DNA from: Flectonema sp. DT1601
Lineage: Eukaryota
Reading direction: 5' to 3'
Assembly: GCA_964019425.1 (NCBI GenBank)
Contig: OZ025797.1
Span: 1,178,001 to 1,242,000, forward strand
DNA: 64,000 nucleotides
This document shows, piece by piece, positions 36,334-48,717 of this stretch. How positions within the stretch are numbered: the first letter of the stretch is position 1; every line of letters begins with the position of its first letter. The notes beneath the pieces are model-generated. The model searched no databases. It was not told where the DNA came from and saw nothing but the letters and a program-made list of their open reading frames with translations. Made by a program: the position numbers and the translations under genes.

Positions 36334-37464
36334 TCTTGTTTAACTTTCCCTTTCAGTTTGCTTTCCCTTTTTTTGTTGTTCTTCACTTTGGTTCCAGTCA
36401 GCGTAAATTCAACAGTCGAAAAGTATCGCTAGCAACGTTTGGCTTTCGAACCCAATTTTTCTTTTGCAGATTATGAACTGCTACAGGACACAATGAACGA
36501 AATATATGATTGACGACCCTACTTCGTGTTTTTAAAGTAAATTTGAAAACATGTTACAACTACCGCAACACCATTTTTGAACAATCCCCAAGTCATGACG
36601 ATAGTAATTTCATTTTCTTTTTCTTTTATTCTCCCTTCCCCCCTCAGTACTTTTCTCCCACCAGGAGGACCAGTACCCTGGCGGGTTTCCCATTTATTAT
36701 TTTACTTATGTATGTGTGGGGAGGTGCATCGCTTCAAGCCACAGACTCTTTACTGCTTTATTATTTAACACAATTTAATCGGTTACATAAATAAATAAAT
36801 AAAACTATTATCCACCTCATGAATCAATGACTTGGTAGATAGATTCTTCTTGGTCTGTGTTTGGTGTTGTAGTTAATGAAGGGAGAGGTTATAAGTGAAG
36901 GTGATGTTGGGTTAAGCATCACTCCCCCCACTCAAAGTCGACTTGTACGGATGCTATAAAATAATAAAATGTCTAACCTCACCCCAATGTAGTCGAGTCG
37001 TTGTGTTGCAGTTGTAGAAAGCATCGCATCGGATTCAGTTCTTGATATGCGATCCCAGTTTTCATTATCAGTTTGGTCATCTCTCATCCCCCCAATCACC
37101 CTTAGTCACTGTATTTAAAACTAATGTTAAATTATCTTTATGTTTTTATGATACAACACAGTTGTAATTTTTACAAAATCGAACATACAAACCCCCCATC
37201 TTTTGTAAATGTTTTTACGATACATTACATTTACTGAAGTCGTTTGTTGAACTCGTAATCTCCTGAGTTTTTTTTTTTTTTTTTTTTTTCTTCTCTGTTG
37301 CCTTTTTTTTTATCATAAGGAGTTGGGTTGGTTTTACAAAAGATGAGGGGATTATATTTTTAACCCTTTCTTTTTTTTCTTGATAAGAAACATGACCAGA
37401 AGCGCTTTTGGTTAAAAAAAAAAGGAAATCTCTTTTTTTTTTTTTTAAAAAAAACCATCGCTGT

Positions 37465-37496
<32 letters not shown>

Positions 37497-38213
37497 GGTC
37501 TTTTGTTTGCCGCGTGTGATGTGAAGTGACATCGTCTGGTGTTCATAAGTTTGAAATACATTTTCTCCTTTTTTTTTTTTGTATTTCATTCACTTTTTGG
37601 TAACTAAACAAATTTAAACAAGACTCGTACTCAAACTATATCGGTGTTCGTAAACCAGTTTTCTTGTTTCCTCCTCCTTTGCGACGATGAGATAATTTTT
37701 CAAAGGACTTTATTCTAAATAAGTGAGAGAAGTCTTCAAATTATTGGTTCGTGCATTTTTTGCCTAAGAATCGATTGTTTGTTGTTGAAAAAGAGAAAAC
37801 TGTGAGTGCCTTCTGAATGGTTAAAATAAAAAAGAAGAAGACGGGAAAAAAAAAAGAGAAGAGAAGAGAAGAATTATGTGAAACAAAAACATCCTTTTTG
37901 ACTTATAGTCAGAACCGGATGTTTGTGTTGTTAGCTTTCCTTTCTTTTTTTGTTGTTGTTTTTCTTTAATTTTTTTTCTTTTTATATTATGTTATTATTA
38001 TTATCGTCACTAAGACATTTGATAATAAGCAGCCTTCACTACCATCGGATTCACTTCTTTTGGTTCAAACTGAATGTTGAGAATATCATAACAACCATAA
38101 CCGTATTTCACGACAGGATCTTATTGTTTGTGGAAGAGTTGTTGTATTTTATATTATTTTATTATTGTTTTATAGTAATGTTTCTATTCACTTATAGCTG
38201 TCCATATCAAAAC

Positions 38214-41200
38214 ATGTCACATGGCGGCACACATGATGAAGATGACGATGATGATGAAACACAGTTAGACAGAGCTCTCGCTGACACAGAAATTGATATT
38301 TCTGAAAGAGTTCCCTGTCGACAACTAACATACAAAACTGTTACTTGGGCTGAGGAAGATATTAATAAAAAAGTTCCTAAAGAATTGACATCAATAGACG
38401 ACATGCAAATCGTTGGTGTTTGCACTGGTGACAGACGTGAAAAGACAACTGAAAAAGTAAAGATAATAATCCCTAACGCTGACATTGATGAGGTTTGTGT
38501 TAACTGTTTTCTATTTCATTTGTACGCGACACCAGAATCTGTAAAGGTTTTAATAGAACAAAACAGGAATTTGATATTAACGACGTCCTTCGAAACGATC
38601 ACGTTGTAGAAATAGATGAGAGATGGGCATCTACCCGATTACAGTTTGATGAATTAATTCAAAGAGGAGAAGAACAAGATAATTTATTATTAGAAGCAAT
38701 AAATGACTTGCGGACGCTTGAAATGCCCGAGTTATTCAAACCTCAACCTGCAAGCGAAGAGAGAGAACCACGCAGCCCCAGCCCTGCTCCATCTCTTCAT
38801 CTGAGTGACGTATCCGACGAGGAGGACAGACAGCTACTCGTTGATGACACAACGATGATAGAAAGTTGTAATCAGCAACTGTCAAGTGACTACGTTGATA
38901 TGATTAAAACAACTAATCAAAATAGAATATTAATCAACTCAATGGTTGAGGAAGATTTCATTCAGAAAGTTGAATCTCAAAAACAAAAGATTGAATCACT
39001 TCAGGCCGTCTTATTACAAAACGTTGAATGCGAACCTCTCAGTGAACCTCTCGAACAGCAGGACGCTGCGGTGGTAGCTTTCGCAGAGATCGGAAAACAA
39101 ATATCGCAAACGATGAATAAATTCACCGCTTCTGAACAATCACAATCCAATAGTACTCCACACGAACATCTCATCACTCAAATCGTCGACAGAAGCGAAC
39201 ACTTTGAAGTCAACCTGCAGAAACAAGAAGAGCTCTCGGATAAAAAAATCATTGATGACGGAATAGAACTTGCCGCTTCACAGAAAAGACAACAGGAAAA
39301 GAGAGAAGCGATGAGGGAACTGATCGAAGCAGAAGATCGAGCAGAGCGTGAAAAGCAAGCCAAAGAGATGGCGCAAGCTGAGGCTGAGTCAAAAAGAATG
39401 CGAATAGCAGAACGGGGAAGGCTACTAATTATTCAACAGAATAGAGAAAAAGTGATTATGGAGTGTTGTGAGGCCGATACTAAATTATACATCTCACGAC
39501 TTCAACAAACAGAACAACGAAATGCTGCTCTTTCTAGAGCTCGAAAGTTAGCTGCTGAACAGGAATTTATCGAAGAACAGGACACCTTCATAGCAAATGG
39601 CATATCAACTCTTCGACAGTGTATCACTTCCTGTTATGGTGAAATAGAAAGTATCTTATCGCAGTGTAGTTCTTTGAAAAAACTACACTCAGACCAAGTG
39701 AGTGAACAACGTGACCTTTACACGACTTGCTTTGCTGAGAAGAATTGTATTATAAAAATTTTTAGATCAGAAGCCAATGACATTTCGGAGTCTTTTGAAA
39801 ACCACATCGAATCTATAAACGTGGAGTTGATAAATTACTATTCTGAAGAGAAAAAAGATCGCCAAATCCTCCTCACCGAAGAATCACAATGCTATGAAGA
39901 ACTCGTTTTAAATGCATGTGGTGAACAGGCTGCTGTTCACAGAGTTGTTATTCAATCGCAGCTTGAGTCTAAAAAACGTCTTTCCAGACACAAAGCCGCT
40001 ACCACAACTGCTTCAGAAATTGAATTACTCAGGAATCGAACTGGATGTTTTTTTAAAAAGTCTCAAACGAAGAATGAGAGTATGCCTTGGTTAGCTGCCT
40101 TGCAATCCTTACATCAGAATCTAAGTAAGTGGAGAGATGATGGAGGGGATGGACTGTGTGTTATTGAAACTATCAGAAGGAGGAAAGTTTCCTGTTTTGC
40201 TGCATCACCAAAGAACAACTGTCCGATAAGCGAAGAACTAACCACATCACATCCATTTGGTATCACGCAGTTGCGTACTCGTCCAGATAATTATATAATG
40301 GAGGGATACGATGCAATGGTATTCTGTGATTTATCATCAGAAGAAGTTACTTTGACCAGAAAGATTAAGAAAATAAACCTATCTGGTAATAGGATATCTT
40401 CGATTGCAATTCAACAAGGAGATTTATTTATTAATTGTGAAGAGATATCTGTTTCAGATAACAGTTTGGATGCGAATTGTTTTTCTCAATTAATAAGTTC
40501 TTTTGGAAATGTTAAAAAGATCGTCGCAGACTCAAACAGGATTTCATCCATTCCAATGGAAATGTCTTGTTTAAGAAACTTACACATCTTATCTTTGCGA
40601 AGCAATTGTCTTTCGGATTCCTCAGCTGTTGTTGGATGCAATAGTTTACATACTTTAGATCTGTTAGGAAATAATCTGCTTGATTTTAATTTAGACCATC
40701 TCAGTACTTTAACATTTTTAAACTTATCAAGGAATGCATTGCGTACTGTGAATTCAGTTTTTTTAAACTGTCCAATACTCCGATCATGTCATTTAAATAA
40801 CAACAGGATTCACTCTTTGCCGATCATATTTCGTTCTGTGCTTCTGCAGGAACTTTGGATCGGTGACAACGAACTTGTTGGTATCCCAGATTTAACTCAC
40901 CTCCCTCTCCTTGAAGTGTTGTACCTTCAGGGTAATATGATAGAGGATGTTACGGGAATAAAAAATTGTCAAAACTTAACTTTCTTCGATATTTCTTTCA
41001 ACAAATTGTCTGACGTTGGCAACACCACCAACGCCCTTCGGGGTCTCAAAAAACTGAGTCGGCTGTCAATTAATGAAAACCCTATTTGGAACTCATCTGC
41101 TTCACTTATTGAACCGATACTTCTGGAAAACCTCCCTGCTTTGCGGATCCTTAATTCTGATCCCGTCGATCCCCGAACTGATATCACAATTCCGACTGAA

Positions 41201-42220
41201 AAAGTATCCGATCTGGGAATCGAACTTGCACTCTATCCTGGGGTTTGTGGGATCCAAAATGAAGATTTTGCTGGACTGAAAAAGAAATATGTGACAAGAG
41301 AATCAGAGAAGGAAGTAGCTTACGCTGTTGAAACTGCAACACTGTGTGAGCAAAGCTACCTACTTCACTCAAAGGGTAATGTTAAAGCAGAAGGGATAAG
41401 TAGAATATGGAGAACTAATCAAGTATACGCAGACTATAAAAACAACAGAAGAAGACATAATGCCTCAGGAACCATCGCTAGGTGGTTCAAGACTGCTTTA
41501 GTACAACAAAAGCGAAACACAGCTGCAAGGAGAATCCAACGTATTGTTCGTGGTTCCCTCCTCCGTTGGAAGTTAACCAGAGGGAAGTGGATTGATGAAG
41601 ACGCGTACAACTACAGTCAGATTGATGAACCTGAATTCTCACCTGAAATTGATACTTCACAGTTTGAAGACATGGGGAAGATTCTAACAGATGCTCTTCA
41701 GAAACAGGCTGGTTCTCAAAACTCAATAAAATCACCAACAGCACCACCACCACCACAACCACCTCCTCCTCCAGTAATAGTTCCAACACCACCTCGAGTT
41801 GATTCATTCAGAAGTACTTCAGAAAGTAGTAATGGATGTGGTAGTCACTCACCTCATTCAGTCATGACTGCTGAGGAGGATTCTGTTCCGTTATCTGGAG
41901 CAACATTAGCATGGAGTGCAGGGATGAATAAAAGAGTTAAAAAGTTTCAAACTATTAAAAAGAAACGACTTGCAGAAGAACGCTTCCTATTAGATAAGAA
42001 TAAAACCCTTGATAACAAGCAGGCTGTTATCAGAAGAACAGTCAGCGATCGTAGCAGAGCCAGTGCGAAACCTCAACCTCGACCTCCAAATACATCGAAT
42101 CGATGTACAGATGACGACTTAGAAGTAGAATCGATGAACAGCACTACGACGTCATCAATGAGAAGAGGTTCACTTCCTCCTCTTCAAAGTGATTCATCAT
42201 CTGAAGCCGCAAAGAAATGA
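38214..42220 (+). CDS. Coiled-coil + leucine-rich repeat + IQ motif protein (LRRIQ1-like), two exons (intron 38493-38566)
   Basis: A GTTTG...AACAG intron joins the upstream exon to the 38708 frame with no stop. Many LxxLxLxxN repeats, LRR cap INENP, IQ motif AARRIQRIVRG, poly-Pro tail. Confidence 0.85.
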
Positions 42221-42458
42221 TAATTGAGATGTCAATAATGACCTCGACCTTCCGTACTTAAAGCCGATGTTATTTTTCGCTGCTGTGAAGCAGGTTTTGG
42301 TTTTTTTTTCTTTAAATATGTTACTTACACCGTGTTGGTTAGTTTTTGTTATAATCAGTTTTGGGGAAAATAGATTTTATTTTATTTAATTGAATCGGTT
42401 GATTGGTTTTGTGTACTTATCTACATCTCTTTTTTAGATTTATTAATAACTTCATAAA

Positions 42459-43139
42459 ATGGTTGCCTTCGACGCAGGAGAACAGACTTGCAGAGCTTTC
42501 CAGAAGCAGGTATGTTTTTATTACGATGATGTAATTATTAACTTGGAATTGAAAAATAATAATACACAACAAAAAACAGGGTAACGTCTTCCCAGCCACT
42601 AAGCGTGCTGTGAAGTCGAAGTACCAGAAGAACAGCAAGGGTAACCTTAGACAGTGGAAGACCGTTGGTTTGGGATTCAAGACCCCAAAGGACGCCATTA
42701 CCGGAACCTACGTTGACAACAAGTGCCCATGGACTGGAAAGGTCTCAATCCGTGGACGTATCCTTCGTGGAATTATTAAGAGTACCAAGATGGAGCGTAC
42801 CGTTGTTGTTCGTCGTGATTACCTTCACTGGGTTACCAAGTACCAGAGATACGAAAAGCGTCACATGAACTTCGCTGCCCACTGCAGTCCAGCGTTCCCA
42901 GTTAAGAAGGTTTGTGTGTTTCTAATTACAAATACCACCACACCTTTAGTACTCTCTGAGTGATGATATGATTCAATTTTCATAAACTCATAATATTTTT
43001 AACAACACAGGTTGGTGACGAAGTTGTTGCCGGACAGTGCCGTCCTCTTTCAAAGACTGTTCGTTTCAACGTCTTGAAGATCAACCCAAAGGGTAAGCAA
43101 CGTCTCGAGACCCGCTTCAGAAAGTTCAACAAGTTCTAA
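42459..43139 (+). CDS. RPS11: 40S ribosomal protein S11 (uS17), copy 1; exons 42459-42509, 42580-42909, 43011-43139
   Basis: [46 protein letters not shown]. Two GT-AG introns. Confidence 0.97.
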
Positions 43140-43422
43140 GAAGCTGTTTATTCATCTGATCACTCGTCGGTAGGACCAATCATTTTAAAAAAAAACGGAA
43201 AAAAAAATAAAAAAAAATAAAGAGGGAGTGATAAAGATGTATCCCATTGGTACCTCATCATGAAGTTATGGCTGTGGATGTTGTGAATCAAGACTTGTGT
43301 TTTGTATTTATTTTATACAGCAGGGGAATCTCATACAAAATAATAATCAGAGTCGTTGTTTAGATCATCGCATTGGAGTAGCTCTTCATCCCCTCCTTCA
43401 GTAATCACATAACCCTACAAAA

Positions 43423-44267
43423 ATGGTAGCCTTTGACGCAGGAGAACAGACTTGCAGAGCTTTCCAGAAGCAGGTATGTTTTTATTTAACTTTGAATTAC
43501 AAACCCGTTGCATCAAGACTTGTGTTCTATTCTGCCATTGATCTTTCACCTGTCTGCCGTTCACCACTTGGGGCCAAGCTGAGATAAAAGGTGCGGCATT
43601 CAGTTCACACGACCTCAACTCCTTGCTTGGGATTGTAGTGTTGTTAACTTGGAATTGAATAACTGCACGTTGCAAACCAAAAAACAAAAAAACAGGGTAA
43701 CGTCTTCCCAGCCACTAAGCGTGCTGTGAAGTCGAAGTACCAGAAGAACAGCAAGGGTAACCTTAGACAGTGGAAGACCGTTGGTTTGGGATTCAAGACC
43801 CCAAAGGACGCCATTACCGGAACCTACGTTGACAACAAGTGCCCATGGACTGGAAAGGTTTCAATCCGTGGACGTATCCTTCGTGGAATTATTAAGAGTA
43901 CCAAGATGGAGCGTACCGTTGTTGTTCGTCGTGATTACCTTCACTGGGTTACCAAGTACCAGAGATACGAAAAGCGTCACATGAACTTCGCTGCCCACTG
44001 CAGTCCAGCGTTCCCAGTTAAGAAGGTTTGTGTGTTTCTTACAATAAGACTTTGTACACCACATCTTATTACCTATTCACCTCTCTTAGTACCTGTTCAC
44101 CTTTGGTTGATTTAATTTTCATACTTTTAACAACACAGGTTGGTGACGAAGTTGTTGCCGGACAGTGCCGTCCTCTTTCAAAGACTGTTCGTTTCAACGT
44201 CTTGAAGATCAACCCAAAGGGTAAGCAACGTCTCGAGACCCGCTTCAGAAAGTTCAACAAGTTCTAA
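43423..44267 (+). CDS. RPS11: 40S ribosomal protein S11, copy 2; exons 43423-43473, 43696-44025, 44139-44267
   Basis: Same protein and intron positions as copy 1. Intron 1 is longer (222 nt). Confidence 0.97.
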
Positions 44268-44415
44268 GAAGCTGATTTAGTGTCATCACTGCCTGTCAGT
44301 TAGGGTGCCAATAGGAATTCACAATGGAAATTGTTCTGACATTCTTATTTATTCCTTTTTTTACAGGTACTCAAATGGACTAGGGGGATTGTGATATTTT
44401 CTGAATAAAGCAATC

Positions 44416-44480
44416 ACAATAATATCACAATACCACACAATAATATCACAATACCACACAATAATATCACAATACCACAG
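44416..44480. repeat. 22-bp tandem repeat x3 (CACAATAATATCACAATACCA core)
   Basis: Read directly. An inverted copy of part of the unit (ATTGTGATATT) lies about 20 bp upstream. Confidence 0.85.
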
Positions 44481-44645
44481 AATACCGACCAGTAAAATAA
44501 CAAATCGAGAGTAGTCAACGTGTGACGTAATCTATCGTTCGAAGTGGCTAGAGAGATGGAATACAACAACTTCTGTTTCAGTCTTACTTTCTTTTAATTT
44601 GCACTAAAATTATCTCCCAACAGTTAATTAAGAAGAAGGAGCAAA

Positions 44646-45353
44646 ATGACTTTCGACGCCGGTGAACAGACTTGCAGAGCTTTCCAGAAGCAGGTATGTT
44701 TTCCTTGTTCACTGGAACTTGTTTTTTAGCACAGTGGTGTCTGACGAAACTCATCAAAAAGGTTCTAAAACGAACCTAATAAAAAAAAAATAGGGTAACG
44801 TCTTCCCAGCCACTAAGCGTGCTGTGAAGTCGAAGTACCAGAAGAACAGCAAGGGTAACCTTAGACAGTGGAAGACCGTTGGTTTGGGATTCAAGACCCC
44901 AAAGGACGCCATCACCGGAACCTACGTTGACAAGAAGTGCCCATGGACTGGAAAGGTTTCAATCCGTGGACGTATCCTTCGTGGAATTATTAAGAGTACC
45001 AAGATGGAGCGTACCGTTGTTGTTCGTCGTGATTACCTTCACTGGGTTACCAAGTACCAGAGATACGAAAAGCGTCACATGAACTTCGCTGCCCACTGCA
45101 GTCCAGCGTTCCCAGTTAAGAAGGTTTGTGTGTTTCTAATTACAAATACCACCACACCTTTAGTACTCTCTGAGTGATGATATGATTCAATTTTCATAAA
45201 CTCATAATATTTTTAACAACACAGGTTGGTGACGAAGTTGTTGCCGGACAGTGCCGTCCTCTTTCAAAGACTGTTCGTTTCAACGTCTTGAAGATCAACC
45301 CAAAGGGTAAGCAACGTCTCGAGACCCGCTTCAGAAAGTTCAACAAGTTCTAA
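44646..45353 (+). CDS. RPS11: 40S ribosomal protein S11, copy 3; exons 44646-44693, 44794-45123, 45225-45353
   Basis: Starts MTFDAGEQ, has DKKCP instead of DNKCP, same intron positions. Confidence 0.97.
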
Positions 45354-46137
45354 ACAGCTTGTTCACGTTACTGAGCGTTATCGTGTAGTGGTGGCAGCAG
45401 AAATGTGTTTCTTCTTATTGTTATCAAATTTCTGCAACAACAAAAAAGTGTCGTAGTTTATTTTTTCGTTGCATTGCGGGTGACTCTGCACTGGATTTCA
45501 ATTTCTTTTCAGTCTCATTTTCCTCACAGGACTACAAACAGATCTGATTTACTTGAAACTTCCTGCTCTGTTACTCACATCAAATTTCTTTTTTCGCTGT
45601 TTCTGCATGCCACTTATTGGGCAATTCTTCTTTTGATTCTCCTCACTAAATGATGAATAATATTCGAACAATCCAACTCTGATCGACCTTTGATGTAAAA
45701 CACCCTATTTAGGAAGAGCCGTCTGATGTTGTGCTTTGTTTGTCTTGTGTCCCTTAATTTCTTGATCAGTTCACACAACTGCGAACGTCTCAATATTTGT
45801 GAAGAGCTGTCCCACAATTTATTGAGGACAGTAACCAGTCTTCTGACTTTTAAAATGCCTGGAAAGGTGATGTGACAAAGTGAGCCACTGTCTGTTAAAA
45901 ATACACATTCACCACCTTGACCAGGACAAAAGAAAACACCCGCTGCCTATCGAAAATAATTTTGAGATTTTTGCTATTCACTAAAAGTGATGCTATTTTT
46001 TTTCGCTGTTCAGTGAACTTCACTATCAATTACAATTTTTTTTTGCATTCGGTTTCGTGCACAAACAAAAAATCACAGTGTTATATCATTATTTTCTGTA
46101 TAGTTGAAGTTAAAGCCAATTCTTTTTTTGCATTTAA

Positions 46138-47887
46138 CCCTTACACCACCGGAGCTGATATATCAGTCTGAAAAATTTTTTTTTTTTTGCTAAGTGAAAA
46201 TTTTGCATTTCTGAGTACAACGATTTCACGGGAGAGGTATTATTGAGATGTCTTTTATGTTCCTTATGTGTTGCGCCGCAATAGTTTTTATTAAATGGTA
46301 AATTTTCCATTTGCTAAAGCTGGCCAAAATCAACTTGGGAAATATGTCGGTCCACAGTTCTGATGAGGATGCAACAGTATTTGTTAATCCATCGTCGGTG
46401 TGCTCCGATTCGTCACTTGACGAAGTATCTGACTCCAAATGGGGAGGGGAGGTAACAAGGGTTACCAAGAATAAAAACGCGTTTCCAAGAAACGTTAAAG
46501 ATTAGAGTTGCACGCAAGTCGGAGCTGCAGGTTTTTGAGTTTTTCTTCGGATAGTCAGTTTTCCAGCTGATGAAGAAAAACTCTGAGGTCTATGCCTCAC
46601 AGAGGGGAAGGAAATTTAAAACCAGTACGCAGGAGCGAAGGGCCTTTGTTGGCACAACACTACTGACGCGCCTCCCAATAAAATCTAACCTAGGGGATTC
46701 CTGGGGTTTGAATGACATGCTGTTGACCCCCCCTGTTGTTCTTTCCGCAAGTGTTTTCACGTAATCGCTTTGCCGAAATACTGAGGAACTTACACTTCTC
46801 TGCGATATTACCTGCTCCCGAGCATGAGGATCCGAAGTGGAGACGTGTATTTTGAATTCCTTTATCCTGATGCGACGTGGGCATGGTGGAATTTGGACGG
46901 ATAGTAGTGAATCTGGCTGGAGAAGCAAGAGATTCTTATCCTTCAAATTGGCTTTGTTTTGGGCAGCTTAGGTACATTTAAACGTACCAGAGCGGCACCA
47001 ACACTATTAATAACACCATCAGTACCGCCTTCTCCACAATCAGTATCAATCCCTGATCGCCTCAAGCCAGCTTTGGGACACTACCCCGGAAAGATGGAAA
47101 AGGCTCGTCAGTGTGCAGTTCGCGCAAAGCGCGCACAATCACTAGATTACTGTGAGCGATGCAACCAAGCGCTTTGTGCTTACCCATATTTCAAAAGGTA
47201 TCACATTCTCCAAAACTACAAAATTCCTTGTGATGTTCCTAAACCGCCAACTTCCCAAAAATCCAGTATGCCAGGCTGGTGGGGTAAAGAGGTGGAAGTT
47301 TATAGATCCAGCCCAACACGGTCTGATCTAAGTAGCTGCACTGTTACTAATGAAGTTCCATGATCTGGGATCGATGTTATTTGTATTTTTCGAGCTTATC
47401 AACCCCGATGCGGTAATCCTCCTGTGTGTCTGAACCTGCTGTGCCATGATGCGGGTTGTTTGTGTATTTTCCGCGACCACAGAGGGCTTTTACAAGCTCA
47501 AAAAACAGGGAAAAAATCTGATTTTTCGATTTAATATCGGCCGTGATTTGGCATTCTCTTTACTTGGGCTCCCTCTGACATGATGTTGCGCAGAAACATC
47601 ATCCCTTTCAAAATACGGGAAGGGAATAACATGCAGCTGCTATGAATGGAAACCGTTGAGTACGTTATTGCGACACTGCCGACTTTGTTAGTTCTGCTGA
47701 ATGTGCAACAACGCACCAAGGTACGCACCGTTAGGTGTGTGGGTGACAGGTGCTATTGACCCGTAGGAGTAGTTGTGTCCGGTTTGGTACATAGGTTTTC
47801 TGGGGGGGTACGGCACCTTTTCTCTTTTTGAAAAAACAGTAAAATTTTGGACCCGTTGTTTTGGGGGTTCTTACGGTGGTGTAAGGG
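46138..47887 (+). mobile_element. piggyBac-like DNA transposon, internally deleted (1750 bp)
   Basis: TTAA TSD at 46134-46137 and 47888-47891. Perfect 14-bp TIR CCCTTACACCACCG/CGGTGGTGTAAGGG. Remnants ERRAFVG, SRNRFAEILRNLHF and C-terminal CERCNQALC...FKRYH. DDD core not found. Confidence 0.93.
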
Positions 47888-48552
47888 TTAACAAGTAAAA
47901 ACGAAAAAGAATATTGGCAGCACGTACTCCTTTAGCTTTATCAAGTCTAAATCGGTTCACAGTTTTGTGCACAAACAAAAAACTCACAAAATGTCGAAAG
48001 TAGATATCCCAAGAATTCGACTGGTTAACTGTCGAGGTGCCTCATATTCCGGAAGTGCGCATCTGTCAGCGAAGGAACATGCAGAAACAGTTATGGAATT
48101 AACTGTAGTGGAGAGTGACGATGGATCCACATAGGGTCGTCACATAGTTGGAAAACCTAAAAACCCCTTCTGGCCTGAATTATGTGTTGGCAGGTTTGCA
48201 ACAGCGTTACAGCACAGTCAACGGAAAAGCAATCCAGGAGACTGCTGCAGAGGGCGGGGGGGCAGTGTCGCACAAAATGCGACACTTGCTGAGATTGACG
48301 GCGCTGCCAGTATACGGAGCCACTAATTGGCCTCGCGCGGCAAACTCACAAAGGGTTATTTTGGAGGAAAGAGGAAGTATTGAATGGAGGAAAAAACCAC
48401 ACGATGTGTGGGGGACCTGTTCCGGAAGGGACGCAAGGCAAAAAGCGGATCGGAAGACCGCCGAAAAAATCACTTGCCATAGTGAACCAAAGAACTCGAG
48501 GCAAAGATCAACTTGGGAGAGTTGCAACCACAGTCGGCGAACCAAGCTAGAG

Positions 48553-48557
48553 AAAAA
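48553..48557 (-). terminator. Pol III oligo-T terminator of tRNA-Ser
   Basis: TTTTT on the minus strand 1 nt after the discriminator base. Confidence 0.75.
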
Positions 48558-48558
48558 T

Positions 48559-48640
48559 CGCAGCCGGCAGGGTTTGAACCTGCGCATGCAAAGCACACTC
48601 GCTTAGCAGGCGAGCCCCGTAACCACTTGGGTACGGCTGC
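48559..48640 (-). tRNA. tRNA-Ser (anticodon GCT), 82 nt
   Basis: Acceptor stem GCAGCCG/CGGCTGC plus discriminator G, anticodon arm CTCGC-CTGCTAA-GCGAG, long variable arm, T arm GCAGG-TTCAAAC-CCTGC. Confidence 0.96.
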
Positions 48641-48717
48641 TTCGAGAAAAAAAACTTCTTTTTCTTTTTTCTGGTTACACTCGTCTGTGCTTCCAGACTC
48701 TTTGTTTAAAAAAAAAT

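Noticed and set aside
48641..48717. Ingi/L1Tc-type 5' HDV ribozyme or spliced-leader copy at element 5' ends
   Set aside because: The 5' junctions here and at 58254-58317 are low-complexity T/A-rich sequence with no such structure or leader match.
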